Source: Octopus bimaculoides (taxonomy: Eukaryota). From it: DNA of 64,000 nt. Where the stretch lies: assembly GCF_001194135.2 (NCBI RefSeq), contig NC_068984.1, forward strand, positions 43,241,728 through 43,305,727, written 5' to 3'. Below the pieces are notes generated by a model, which saw only the letters and a program-made list of their open reading frames with translations, had not been told where the DNA came from and did no database searches. Below are positions 50,847 through 62,819 of this stretch, piece by piece. The number at the start of each line of letters is the position of its first letter. Within the stretch, counting starts at the first letter, position 1. Made by a program: the position numbers and the translations under genes.

Positions 50847-51473
50847 GAATATTGTTACCTCACAATAAATTTAGAGAAGGAAACTGAAAAAAATCACTCC
50901 GGTGTAACTTGTCATGCTACCGTAATACAAATGGGTGAAATTCGTGTGTACACTGCTCTTCCTAGTTGAGTACCTTTTCTCTTTCTTATCGATCGTATGT
51001 GTGGCTAATTTTCCTCTATATTTTCTATAAACATATTAATTCACTCTGCCGCCAAGTGCTAAAGAGCACATGCATGTGACGCAATATTAGTAATAAGCTA
51101 TCGACTCTGTTGTAAGAGAAACAAGGAAAAAATGACTGTCTGCGTCGGTAAGCAGTAAGTATAAAAAGTTTGTGGTGTGGAATAATCTATTTAATCATAA
51201 AGAAGGCTAACGTTTCGAATAGGTTCCTTCGTTGGAGAGGGATGAAATGTTCCCTGACAATACCGCAATTTCGATTCCGAGGTACTTCCTTTACTTTTCG
51301 TACTGTGAGGCCTGACAGTAGCAAATATCCTCGCAAAAAATGGTTTTATCCGTTTGATTTGACCTTGACCTTGCTAATGGAAACGAAAACTTTAGTGGTG
51401 ATCCAAGAAAGATAACATGAATGAGATAACACTTTGAAACGTTACGACTCTCATCTATTTCTTCTTGTTGCAG

Positions 51474-51898
51474 ATTATAGCCAATCCATGAACAAACTTG
51501 TGCGTCACATCACGGATCTTACTCCTGCTCGACCTGTCCAGTCACAGTGCCGTCTGCTTGTCCCATCCAGTCACATCAAGAATCTAACACCCAATTAAGG
51601 CGGCGAGCTGGCAGAAACGTTAGCACGCTGGACGAAATACTTAGCGGTATTTCGTCTGCCGTTACGTTCTGAGTTCAAATTCCGCCGAGGTCAACTTTGC
51701 CTTTCATCCTTTCGGGGTCGATAAATTAAGTACCAGTTACACACTGGGGTCGATGTAATCGACTCAATCCCTTTGTCTGTCCTTGTTTGTCCCCTGTATG
51801 TTTAGCCCCTTGTGGGCAATAAAGAAATAAGAATCTAACACCCATTTATCTCGTTGCTTCGTGGATGTCACTCCTGTTCGTCCCGTCCCGCTGCATCT
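51474..51898 (+). CDS. Candidate coding or pseudo-exon interrupted by SINE A
   Basis: Strong acceptor tttcttcttgttgcag; frame (D)YSQSMNKLVRHITDLTPARPVQ..; second motif DVTPVRPV after the SINE, in a shifted frame. Confidence 0.25.
51599..51830 (+). mobile_element. SINE A long-tail, young copy with 20-bp TSD
   Basis: A box tggcagaaacgtt, B box gagttcaaattcc (51671); TSD aagaatctaacaccca(a/t)tta at 51578 and 51829. Confidence 0.95.
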
Positions 51899-52741
51899 NN
51901 NNNNNNNNNNNNNNNNNNNNNNNNNNNNNNNNNNNNNNNNNNNNNNNNNNNNNNNNNNNNNNNNNNNNNNNNNNNNNNNNNNNNNNNNNNNNNNNNNNNN
52001 NNNNNNNNNNNNNNNNNNNNNNNNNNNNNNNNNNNNNNNNNNNNNNNNNNNNNNNNNNNNNNNNNNNNNNNNNNNNNNNNNNNNNNNNNNNNNNNNNNNN
52101 NNNNNNNNNNNNNNNNNNNNNNNNNNNNNNNNNNNNNNNNNNNNNNNNNNNNNNNNNNNNNNNNNNNNNNNNNNNNNNNNNNNNNNNNNNNNNNNNNNNN
52201 NNNNNNNNNNNNNNNNNNNNNNNNNNNNNNNNNNNNNNNNNNNNNNNNNNNNNNNNNNNNNNNNNNNNNNNNNNNNNNNNNNNNNNNNNCACACACACAC
52301 ACACACTTGGCTCTGTAGCTGACATATTTTCTTACATTAAATCTTTTTTTGCAAAATGTTCCTATTTTATTTATAGTTTCCCACCTCTTACTCCTTTCTT
52401 TCCGATTACTTGAACGAAACATTAACTATTATTGATGTTATTATTATTGTACCTACTCATTCCCCTTTCCACACTATCGTTCGATACTTTATTATTTCGT
52501 TCTTTTCTTCTCCCTCGTTCCATTTCCCTGCCTTGTCGGTTCTTGTTCCAATCTCTCCATTCTCGTTCCCTATTTCCCACATTCTGTTTTCCCACACACT
52601 AGTTCAGTATTGTTCTATTTTGCCATACTATTTCTTTTTCTCTGTCGCCCTTATTCTACTCACTTGTTCACTGCCCATTACCTTTCTATGGTGAGAACTA
52701 CCTGCCTGTCTGTCAATCTGTTTATCTATATTTATGTTTGC

Positions 52742-52805
<64 letters not shown>

Positions 52806-53031
52806 TGCACACTCTATCTTTCAAATTCTCTCCCCCTGGTTCAATATTTGTTCTTTCACACTCTTTCATTTAGCATTTTCTCTCTCTTCTTCAATGTTTC
52901 ATATCATACTTTATTCACCACTATCATTAATTAGCCCTTCAACCAAGAGTAAATAACATCATTTTCAGAGTTATTCTCTTTTGTCAGATACAAGATTAAT
53001 CGATATAATAATGATAATAATAGTAATAATA

Positions 53032-53096
<65 letters not shown>

Positions 53097-53174
53097 NNNN
53101 NNNNNNNNNNNNNNNNNNNNNNNNNNNNNNNNNNNNNNNNNNNNNNNNNNNNNNNNNNNNNNNNNNNNNNNNNN

Positions 53175-53238
<64 letters not shown>

Positions 53239-53999
53239 CAACGTAAACCAAAACAAATATTGATCTTATCAAGCAAAAACACACATAACTCGTGTGTAAA
53301 TATTGATTACTGACTTAGGCACAAGGCCCAAAAATTATAAGGGAGTGACTTGAGACTTAGCTATTTATGTGCTTTTATTAAGTCATTATCAGCGTAAATT
53401 CACTTCAACTGAGAAACGAATCTGGCGTGAGGATTTCGTTCCATTCAGTCTATTTCGTGTCTCCAAGTTGCTTCGGCATCCAATTATTTTTTTTTTCAGA
53501 TGAAATTATTATTGTTTATCCATATCAGCCCTGACCCAACAGAACTTTAATCAAAGGAAGGCATATATGAAGTGGTCATCTACTTTTTATCATAATTTTT
53601 TTCTAACAGTGTATCTAGGACTACTTTATCCATTATATTCGTCCATTTGTAATAAGGGTGTGATTCCAGTGAATTTTCTGGCAGATCGAATAACCACATA
53701 CAGGCTCATTTGTTGTTACAAGAAATTATGTTTTTTTTCAATCAGTTTGTATAGGGCAATTTTCGAAATCATTTAAAAGCTGAAAGACTGGGATTGCCGA
53801 GTGGTATTGGGGTATTTGTTTAGCGTGATTTGTTTCAGGTTTATTGAATGACAGAACAGCATAAGCAGGGAAGCAAAGAAGCAGCCGTAGGCGAAGTATA
53901 TGAGCGACTTATATACATCATCTCTATGATATTGGCCAAATATATGAGACGCGCACATTTACACTTTATAGAAATGCATTCAATCATCCATATATACTC

Positions 54000-54385
54000 C
54001 TCAAAGGTAAAGTTCCTGCGTAGACCCTTTCCCTACATTTTAAGCCTTATGATGCAATGGCATAGGGTTCAAAAACCCACAGCTCTTCAAAGGTCCACAG
54101 CCCTGCCTCAAAAATTAAGAAATCTGAATAAGGTGGAAGTAGGTGTCTTCAAAAAGGAACTAGACACCCCCCTATCTACAATACCGGATGAACCAACAGC
54201 CCGACATGAGGTGCAAACGAAGGCAGCGGAATCAAACTCCCTTATGCACCAAATGGACCAACAGCTGGGACAAAAGCACATACAAGAGTAGTGTTGGGAA
54301 ACACCCCAGATTGAGGAAATCAGCAAGACCATGGTGGTGCTCCAGCATGACCGCAACCGCAATGCTGAAATGAGTAAAAGAGTAT
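54000..54385 (+). mobile_element. CR1/L2-group LINE 3' end
   Basis: CNGIGFKNPQLF..LPQKLRNL..VFKKELD..IPDEP..AAESNSLMHQ, then 3' UTR ending ggtggtgctccagcatgaccgc..gagtaaaagagta. Confidence 0.82.
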
Positions 54386-54444
54386 GTATGTATGTATGTA
54401 TGTATGTATATGTTTGTGTGCACATATGTGTTTATACACTTTAG

Positions 54445-54577
54445 TGTTTGCATCTCACCGCTTAACAACCGGTGTTAGTTTGTTTACATCTTCCTCACTT
54501 GACTGTCTGGCAAAAAGACTAATTGAATGAGCCAAACTTAGAAAGTAATTGATTCGATGACTGAAACCAGTAAAAGA
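54445..54577 (+). mobile_element. Degraded SINE B 3' half
   Basis: cgcttaacaaccggtgtt..ggcaaaaagac..gactgaaaccagtaaaaga. Confidence 0.65.
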
Positions 54578-54628
54578 GAGAGTCTGTGTTTGTGTGTATA
54601 TATGTGTATCTGTACACACACACGCACA

Positions 54629-54680
<52 letters not shown>

Positions 54681-55937
54681 CACACACATACACACGCGCG
54701 CGCACAATACTTATCCAAACAGTGAACGAATACGACCATCGTAGACATATAGAAAATATTGTCACCAATGCCCAAGCAAAATTTAAGTCGAGAACAGATT
54801 GTACAACACTGCAACGACTCTCATTACCAACGCCAAAGAAGTGAAAGACAAGGTAAAGCATGTTATCTGTTTCAGCCATGTTTAAAAGTTTTTTATTGCA
54901 GTAACTTTCTCCAAGTGACTTGCAATAACCTATTTCAAGGACTTCCTTACTCGCAGTTGTCTTATAGTGCTTTAGACATTCGCACAAAATGTCTAAATTT
55001 TCGAGCTATAGCTAGATATCAACGCTGGACTCATTTGCCCATTTGTCAGATATTGTTTTTACCCCGTTATCCTGCTGGGTTTAATATATCACTGCAACTG
55101 ATTAGATTTTTATAAACTCAGTTTGTTTGCAGGAGTGATTCAATATTTACAATATTTATATTCATTCTGGTATATTTATGCCTCAAACTTTTTGTTTGAC
55201 CGTTTTCATATCCATGATAAAAACTGTTTTTGCTTTCCTTTCTGATTGCGGTTCACTGCTCAAGTGATTTCAAAATCATCCGTTTCCCTCAATAGAGGAG
55301 TGAGTAAAGCTTGTTACTTATATTTATATTTTACTACATTGTAGCATCACATGTATAAATAAGAACTCATATTCTTTTGATGATTCAGAGAAATACTTTT
55401 ATGGATGGTTTATTCAAAATCAGAAGTTTGAGGAGAATTAACTTCTTATTGATGTTATGGCTTATAACAACTCATATTGACTATTGTCTTAAGATTGAAG
55501 CATCAGAGAAAACGCCAAGATTAAACGACATATTTGAGACGCTACAGTAGTTGCCTAATCACAGAGCAGAAACTTTTAAATCGATATTGATTTCATACTA
55601 GATAGTTCATTGGTGAAAAGTAAGTGTAAATTTCGCATAAGGAGCCAAGCATAAACTACGCCAGTAACAATATGATCAGAATAGTTAATATAAATGTCTT
55701 CGGGATGGGTGGTTAACTAATCTAAGATTAGCAGTCTTAACCGTTCTTATTTATTGGTTAGAATGTATATTGAAAGCATTTAGTGACTAGAATGTATTTA
55801 TAATCTTCAAAGAATTATTACCAAGAATAAGAAGCGTTGTCATTGAAAGGCATTTTGCATTTTGATTCAATATAATGTAACAGCTAAATAGCATTAAAAA
55901 TCTCCCTTAAAAATGTCACATCTTTGAATGATATAAG

Positions 55938-56037
55938 CTCAAAAGCTGCGAGCTCAAAGATTCAGGAGCCCTGGTAGCAAGAGCAGCAGAAACAACAGAA
56001 GAAACTACGTCTCTGAGCCAGTAGCTATAGTGTGCTG
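55938..56037 (+). other. Candidate exon (coding or UTR)
   Basis: GC-richer 100 bp ending in donor CTG|GTAAGT; open frame QKLRAQRFRSPGSKSSRNNRRNYVSEPVAIVC; weak acceptor. Confidence 0.2.
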
Positions 56038-56111
56038 GTAAGTGAATTTTTGCTAATCACTAAGATGGACATCTTACTGATTGGCAAAATACTGTGTGTA
56101 TTGTATGTACT

Positions 56112-56250
<139 letters not shown>

Positions 56251-56461
56251 GGGAAAAGTGGGAGAATTCGTCTGGCACTTAGCGCGAACAGAAATAAGCT
56301 ATTTTACAAATGTCACTTATGTTGCTCAATATAGTGTCCTACTTCAGTTCTGTTCTTGTGATGTTGACATTAAATGACTGACCAATTATTCTGTAGAGAT
56401 ATATTAATGCAGTTGAAATCGTAGAAACAAATTATTATGTCTAATATGAAGAAATCGAATA

Positions 56462-56675
56462 AGGCTGCCAGCTGGCAGAACCGTTAGCACACTGGGCAAA
56501 GTGCTTAGCAGCATTTCGTTTGTCTTTACGTCCTGAGTTAAAACTTCACCGAGGTCGACTTTGCCTTTCATCCTTTCGAGCTCGATAAGATAAGTACCAG
56601 TTGGACACTGGGGTCGATGTAATCAACTTACCCCGCTTCCCCGAAATTACTGACCTTCTGCCAAAATTTGAAACC
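56462..56675 (+). mobile_element. SINE family A with perfect 19-bp TSD
   Basis: aatatgaagaaatcgaata at 56443-56461 and 56676-56694. Confidence 0.93.
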
Positions 56676-56807
56676 AATATGAAGAAATCGAATAGCAGGT
56701 AAATAGGAGGGTAATTGGTAGTCGGAATACTAGCAAGCAATTGATACATCTTTCGTCAGTAAACCACTATTCCTTCTCTTTCTCAAGTTTACTTTAAGGT
56801 CTAATAT

Positions 56808-57225
56808 CATTTATCTTTGACTTGTTTCGGTTATTAGTCTGCGGCCATGCTGGGGCACTGCCTTGAAAACCTTTTAGTCGAATGAACCGACTCCAGTACT
56901 TATTTTTTCTTTTTTTTTTTTGCTAAACCTGGTGCTTATCCTATCGGTCTCTATTGCTGAACCGCTATTTACGAGGACATAAACACACCAACACTGGTTA
57001 TCAAGTAGCGTTACTGGCTGACAAACACAGGTATAAATACACATACACATACAAATATACGACGGGCTTCTTTCAGTTTCCGTCTACCAAATCTCCTCAC
57101 TACGTTTTAGTCGCTCCGAGGCTATCGTAGAAGATACTTGCCCAAGGTGCTACGCAGTGGGACTGAACCCAGAACCATGTGACTGGGAAGCAAGCTTCTT
57201 ACTACACAGCTACGCCTGTGCCTAT
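56808..57225 (-). mobile_element. SINE family B
   Basis: Full head, CORE-like box and tail. Confidence 0.9.
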
Positions 57226-57316
57226 ATTAATATCATGATAGCTAATTCACAACTTTTGTTTGTGATCTTTTGATCTTAAACCAGCATATCTGCTGTAAAT
57301 GATCTACTACTTTAAG

Positions 57317-57416
57317 ATCAAAATCTGTTGATCGCTGTGTCTTCCTGAACTGTAAGAAGGTGCTCACTCACGTCCAACAATCTGAATTTCGTGCTGTATG
57401 TTGGTACGGACAGAAA
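57317..57416 (+). other. Candidate exon
   Basis: ctttaag acceptor, AAA|GTACGT donor, open frame SKSVDRCVFLNCKKVLTHVQQSEFRAVCWYGQK. Confidence 0.15.
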
Positions 57417-57704
57417 GTACGTATTTTTAGCAGCGTAATTTCGACTACCGACATTTTAGCCCACTCTTCTTAACAATTGTTTTGATCAATCAGTGACTAA
57501 TAGTCGGAGGAGTTACAATATTAAAATACACGAAAATGAATTTTCTCTTTCTTTCTCACATGGCAGTAATCTCTTGCCACAGGTTTCTCTCTTTATTTTT
57601 CTCTCGGCTTCTGACTGTTTATTCTGGCAGCAATCTTACATTAAATGTTACTTTGTTCGTATTTCATTCTCTCTTGCTAGTAGTTAACTTCTCCCTCAGT
57701 ATCA

Positions 57705-58150
57705 TTATCATCGTTTAACGTCCGTTTTCTATGTTGGCATAGATTGGACGACTTGACATAAGCTGACAAACCAGGGGGAAATGTCAAGCTCTATTGTCTG
57801 ATTTGGCATGGTTTCTGGATGTCCTCCTTAGCGCCAACCGCTCTACAGAGTGTACTAGGCGGCGTCACCAAGTCGCTTTCAAGACAAAGACCCCTCAACT
57901 TCAGGTGGGGAGAATAGTATTGAAGGAGATGAATTTGTACCAGTTGAGGAAATGATTAGCAGATATAAAAGAGGGATAGCGGTAGGTGTCCTGCTGTAGA
58001 GGAGATACACGGATACCCCCGTCGGGAAATAAGAGGGAGAAATATAGCCTCTAGTTAGAGGAGATACATGGACACTCCAGTCGAAAAATAAGAGGGAGAA
58101 ATATAGGCTCTAGACTGTGAGAGATATTTAGAGAAAAAGATAGCCTCTAC
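57705..58150 (-). mobile_element. RTE-tailed element 3' part with 59-bp tandem duplication
   Basis: atcatcgtttaacgtccgttttc..ggatgtcctccttagcgccaacc (RTE-type 3' end, antisense); units at 57997 and 58056. Confidence 0.6.
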
Positions 58151-58644
58151 AAAATCCATGCCAGTAAATATGTCTACGTGCAACTGACTCTATTTCGTAC
58201 AGCGACTATTTATTTGTTTGCATATATTTAACGTTATAACACAAACTCTACCACTGACACGAAAACCGGAAAATATCTAAGTAAATTTTCCATAACATTT
58301 GAACATAAATTATCTTATTGATTATTGGTGTACATTTTTTTTTTTTTTTACAAATACATTACTGGAAACATTCAAATTGATAACTATACTTTTCCAGATT
58401 AAATTCTGTATTTAGCTTGAATTCTCAAACCGCTTGCAGTGGAATTACTGTTGCGTTATGATACCAGCAAGCTCCGTCACAGCCTATTTTCTTTATTAGC
58501 AAAAACAAAAATAAAGGAAAATTATAGTCAGCCAAGCTTCCGTTAAAACCAACTCTTTAAAATTTCCATAGATAAGAACTATAAGTATTTGAACATGTCT
58601 TATCCCTTTAAATTACTCGGTAGGAAGTGCACGATAACACCTCA

Positions 58645-59052
58645 TCCTTACTCTCTTTACTCTTTTACTTGCTTCAATCATTTGACTGCGGCCATGCTGG
58701 GGCACCGCCTTTAGTCGAGCAAATCGACNNNNNNNNNNNNNNNNNNNNNNNNNNNNNNNNNNNNNNNNNNNNNNNNNNNNNNNNNNNNNNNNNNNNNNNN
58801 NNNNNNNNNNNNNNNNNNNNNNNNNNNNNNNNNNNNNNNNNNNNNNNNNNNNNNNNNNNNNNNNNNNNNNNNNNNTATATACATATATACGACGGTCTTC
58901 TTTCAGTTTCCGTCTACCAAATCCACTCACAAGGCTTTGGTCGGCCTGAGGCTATAGTAGAAGACACTTGCCCGAAGTGCCACGCAGTGAGACTGAACCC
59001 GGAACCATGTGGTTGGTAAGCAAGCTACTTATCACACAGTCACTCCTGCGCC
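58645..59052 (-). mobile_element. SINE family B spanning a gap
   Basis: Tail 58645-58728, head 58875-59052. Confidence 0.9.
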
Positions 59053-60700
59053 CTGTTAATATTCTTTGCATATAAGGCGGTGAGCTGGCAGAAACGTAAT
59101 ATACATATGATATAACTTTAAAATTACCACTACGGGTATCACTAATTTCATTACAACTTATATAACATATGCAATGATATCACTAAGAGTATCCCTACCG
59201 TCATCAATATAACAAGTCAACGAGGACAACTGAACTCGATCTGCTTAAAATAGCAGCCAAATCGGCCTCAAACGACACCCTATGTTTTTTTGTTTTTTTT
59301 TGAAAGAGGACATATTGGGTTATGTGATCTTAGATACACTCTCTGAAACAAAGTTGGAATGGTCATGGGTTGTATGCCTTTCATTATAGGTCTACTTGAT
59401 CAAGGCTAAACGACAAAGTAAGTGACATTCTGCCCATTACCATTAGCAAAACAACCACCACCACCACCACCGGTGCAGCTGAACTCTGCTTGCGTGAATA
59501 TGAAATGAATGAATCTGTATGTAGATTTCTTGAAAGTATGTACATTTGGAAAGAATTTGAATTTTATGTAAATTGATACTCACCCACTCTCTCTCTCTCC
59601 CTCCTTCTCCCTCCTCTCTCTCCCTCCTCTCTCTCCTTCCTTCTCCCTCCTCTCTCTCCCTCTCTGTATCTCTCTCTCTCTCTTTGCGCATTTGCTTGTC
59701 TGCTTGTATGTGTGTCTGGATATCTATCTGTAGCGAGGGCACAACGAATTCTTCGTGATAATTGATAGTTCCAGCAAATTTCCAAAAGAATTCGTTCGTA
59801 ATTGAAAATTCTTACCCAGATTTCAGGAAGTACTATAGCTTACACGGAAGCGACTAGAATTAATATTATAAATAGTGATCGCAGTTGAGGAAGAGTTAAA
59901 CTCTTGGTAAACTGAAACCTAGATACGGATTCAGTTCTCAGTAAAAACCCATTCATTTCATATATACGCACAAATGATCGAGGAAAGGTATGAAAGTCAC
60001 AAAGAAAAAAGCGTTTGATATTGTCTTTCAGAGCGTTGACCATACCACTATTTTCTTCTCAGTCAGATTCTACTTTTAGAATATTCTCACCAAGATCTTA
60101 TTCCAGATCTCGCGTTCATTCCATCTTTCTCTCCTCGTTTCATATTTTTATCCTATCTCACTTTTTTTTCTCTCTGGTCCTACTCCATCACTCCAATATC
60201 TCTCTCTGCACTTCATCGTCATTCACTGTCTGCAGCTAAGCTAACAATATTTTTATCTTTCTCTACTCTCTGTCGAAGGATTAAAGCCCGAAATAGAATT
60301 TTCACTCCTCACAGCAATCAAACCTATCAACATTCTATGAACTCTCCTAATATTATATATGGCGAATACCGAAAATCAAGATTAAACTTCTCGAGAATCT
60401 CAATTCTCAGTTTAAGAGATATAACTTCATTTATATCATTTATACATTTGGAAAAGGTATGGACATCCTAATCTAGTACTTGATGATTGCTATAGTATAA
60501 TGCAAATTAAAATCAACGATCTGTTTGGAATAATGGAACAAGTTACAGTTGAGATGAATGAAAAAGTTAATTTTGATAGAAGGCATTAAAAACGAATTAC
60601 ATACATGCTAATTCTCTTAGGAAATATATGATTGTCACATCTTTTATTTTTGTCTTTCGTCTAAAATATAAAGCCCTAACAATGTGTGCTAAAAAAAGGT

Positions 60701-61166
60701 GGGGTTACTTTAGCGTGTGATCTCCAAGGTTACCTTTTAAATTATTTTGTACATACTTAGCATTGTAAATGTAGTTCTTCAAAGTTCTTACTATTTTGAT
60801 TATAAGAAAACCATATAATTAAAATAAGCGCGCAGATCATCCACCAAAGTAAATTTGCTGGCGTAGATCCCATGGAAAGTAACACGAACACAAAGTAATC
60901 TCCCTTTAAATTGTAGATCACACGCCAAATTGGCACCTTTCTTTTTCTTAAGAAATGATGTGAATTTAGTGCTGGTTTCTTGTAAAAATGCAACTGCCTT
61001 CTGATTTCTTGTAAAAATGCAACTCCCTTCGTCTCGTCGTTGACCACACTGTAAAAATCTTTAGCCAACACCTTACGGGTTTTTAGAAATTGAAACGTAG
61101 ACTTTAGTAAGTAACCTAAGTAACCTAAAGTAATCTCCCTTGTAGATCACACGTCAAAGTAACACC
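60701..61166 (-). mobile_element. Second Merlin derivative, with an extra internal TIR
   Basis: TIRs at 60701 and 61166, internal right-type TIR ending 60937; MLAKDFYSVVNDETKGVAFL homologous to 50481-50756; flanks aaaaaggt/aaaggagt. Confidence 0.75.
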
Positions 61167-61684
61167 AAAGGAGTCCCTGTGCAATCGCTCTATCTCCTGA
61201 AAGTAACAGTAAAATTTCCCTCAGATCCTACCCTACTGTCTCTGAAAGCGAAAGATCACAGTGGATAATGTAGTTTTAGATACTGCCTGATTAAAAATAA
61301 ATGAATAAAATGAATCGCATTGTCAAGGTCACACACGTTTGATTATAGATTGACCAGGGCTGATCTGGGGTTAAATAAACCCAGCCTCTCAGATGTATGA
61401 CTAATATTTATTTCAAGTATAGTCCGCAAATCCGTTTTGACTTGCATTCGTAACCAATTCAGTTCACGTCTGCAGAATGAATGTTATATGATCTCACTGC
61501 ATTTGATATTAATTTTTCTACAAATAGAAACTCAATGCACTGTATAGTGAACAGCTTAACAGTAACATTTAAGCTTCTAGCAACCCGAATCAACGACTCG
61601 ATTTGAATTTCCGGTTGGAGTAATTTCCTTTCAGCTTTTGCCTGCAGTTTAATGGCTTGGAAAGGCAGAAAAGTTACAACATAC

Positions 61685-61718
61685 CATTTCCTTTTTACTG
61701 ACAAATAATATGAAGGCC
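61685..61718 (-). other. Candidate 34-bp exon
   Basis: Acceptor tttatttatgtttacttcag, donor ATG|GTATGT; phase 1 reads GPSYYLSVKRK. Confidence 0.2.
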
Positions 61719-62001
61719 CTGAAGTAAACATAAATAAATAATAATAAAGAGTCGCAATTTAAATATTCTATATCACAGAATTGTGAAAATGATCGTAATT
61801 ATAAAAGTTATTTTAGTCCCACAACAAAGTCTAGAAGTGGAATTTTTTGCTGTCGTTCCAGTTCAAATCTGATTTAGCAGTCCTTTGACCAAATTGTCTA
61901 ATGCAAGTAGAAACATCACCCTCGGTTCATTTTTCTGCTAATTTGTGTAACACACATACACACACGCACAAGCGTGCACAAACATATATGTGGGTAGGGT
62001 T

Positions 62002-62682
62002 CAGTGGCGGCTCGTGTATAGGTACTGCAGAACTGTAGCACTCGATATTATCGATAACATTCAATATAATGAGTCTTTTTTCCCCTTAATTCTTTCTTTA
62101 TACTTGTACATTATATAATCCTTAAGCTTAATGTCAGTAGCCATCCCCTAGTTTATAAAAAAAATACAAAAACCCTTGTATAGAAATGTGCGGTCCACAG
62201 TTCCAAGCGATGCGGTGTTTGGCTGTTCTGCGCATGTTCACATGTCCGAGACAGGAAGCTGCATGCTAGGGAAAGAGAGCTGTATCTTAGTGTGCTGGTG
62301 AAATGTAGTGTTTCTTTTTGACTCCGCGTGTGTTGTGCTTACAAACATGTTTATATTTTTGAATATGATGAAGTATAGAATTAGATTATTATCCTGCTTC
62401 CAGCTACAGTGTCTCTGCCAGGATTTGAAAAATAGGGCAGATTTTATCCCCTTATTTTGTGACTAGTGGGGTGGGGTATTTTTGAAAAACAAGGGGGAAT
62501 TCGCGGCGATGTTCAGCGAACAAATTAAACACGCTACCTGGCTGTGACTAAAACACGAACCGATTAAGTTTATGTATAAATTTTCTTTTTATATGTTTGT
62601 TTTCTTTTACACAATATTAAAACAGCAGCTAAAAATTTTCTGAAGCAGCACCCCCACTAATTTTATCTATGAGCCGCCACTG
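62002..62682. mobile_element. Non-autonomous hAT element
   Basis: TIR cagtggcggctc / gagccgccactg and perfect 8-bp TSD gtagggtt (61994-62001, 62683-62690). Confidence 0.93.
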
Positions 62683-62708
62683 GTAGGGTTACTTATTCTC
62701 ATACTCAC

Positions 62709-62754
62709 CTTCGTGTTGTTCTTGAATTATTTTGTGCTCATGGGTTTGCACTTC
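62709..62754 (-). other. Candidate 46-bp exon
   Basis: Acceptor ttttatattag, donor AAG|GTGAGT; only phase 0 is open: EVQTHEHKIIQEQHE. Confidence 0.25.
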
Positions 62755-62819
62755 CTAATATAAAATTATTTTGATTTGCTGTAAATGATGGTAGTAAAAC
62801 ATTGAGCGAAAAGGTGCTG

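Noticed and set aside
55378-55550. 56-aa ORF with a hydrophobic stretch
   Set aside because: Short, no homology; readthrough by editing would be pure speculation
60440-60590. IWKRYGHPNLVLDD resembling BEL/Pao gag
   Set aside because: A single short motif with no flanking support
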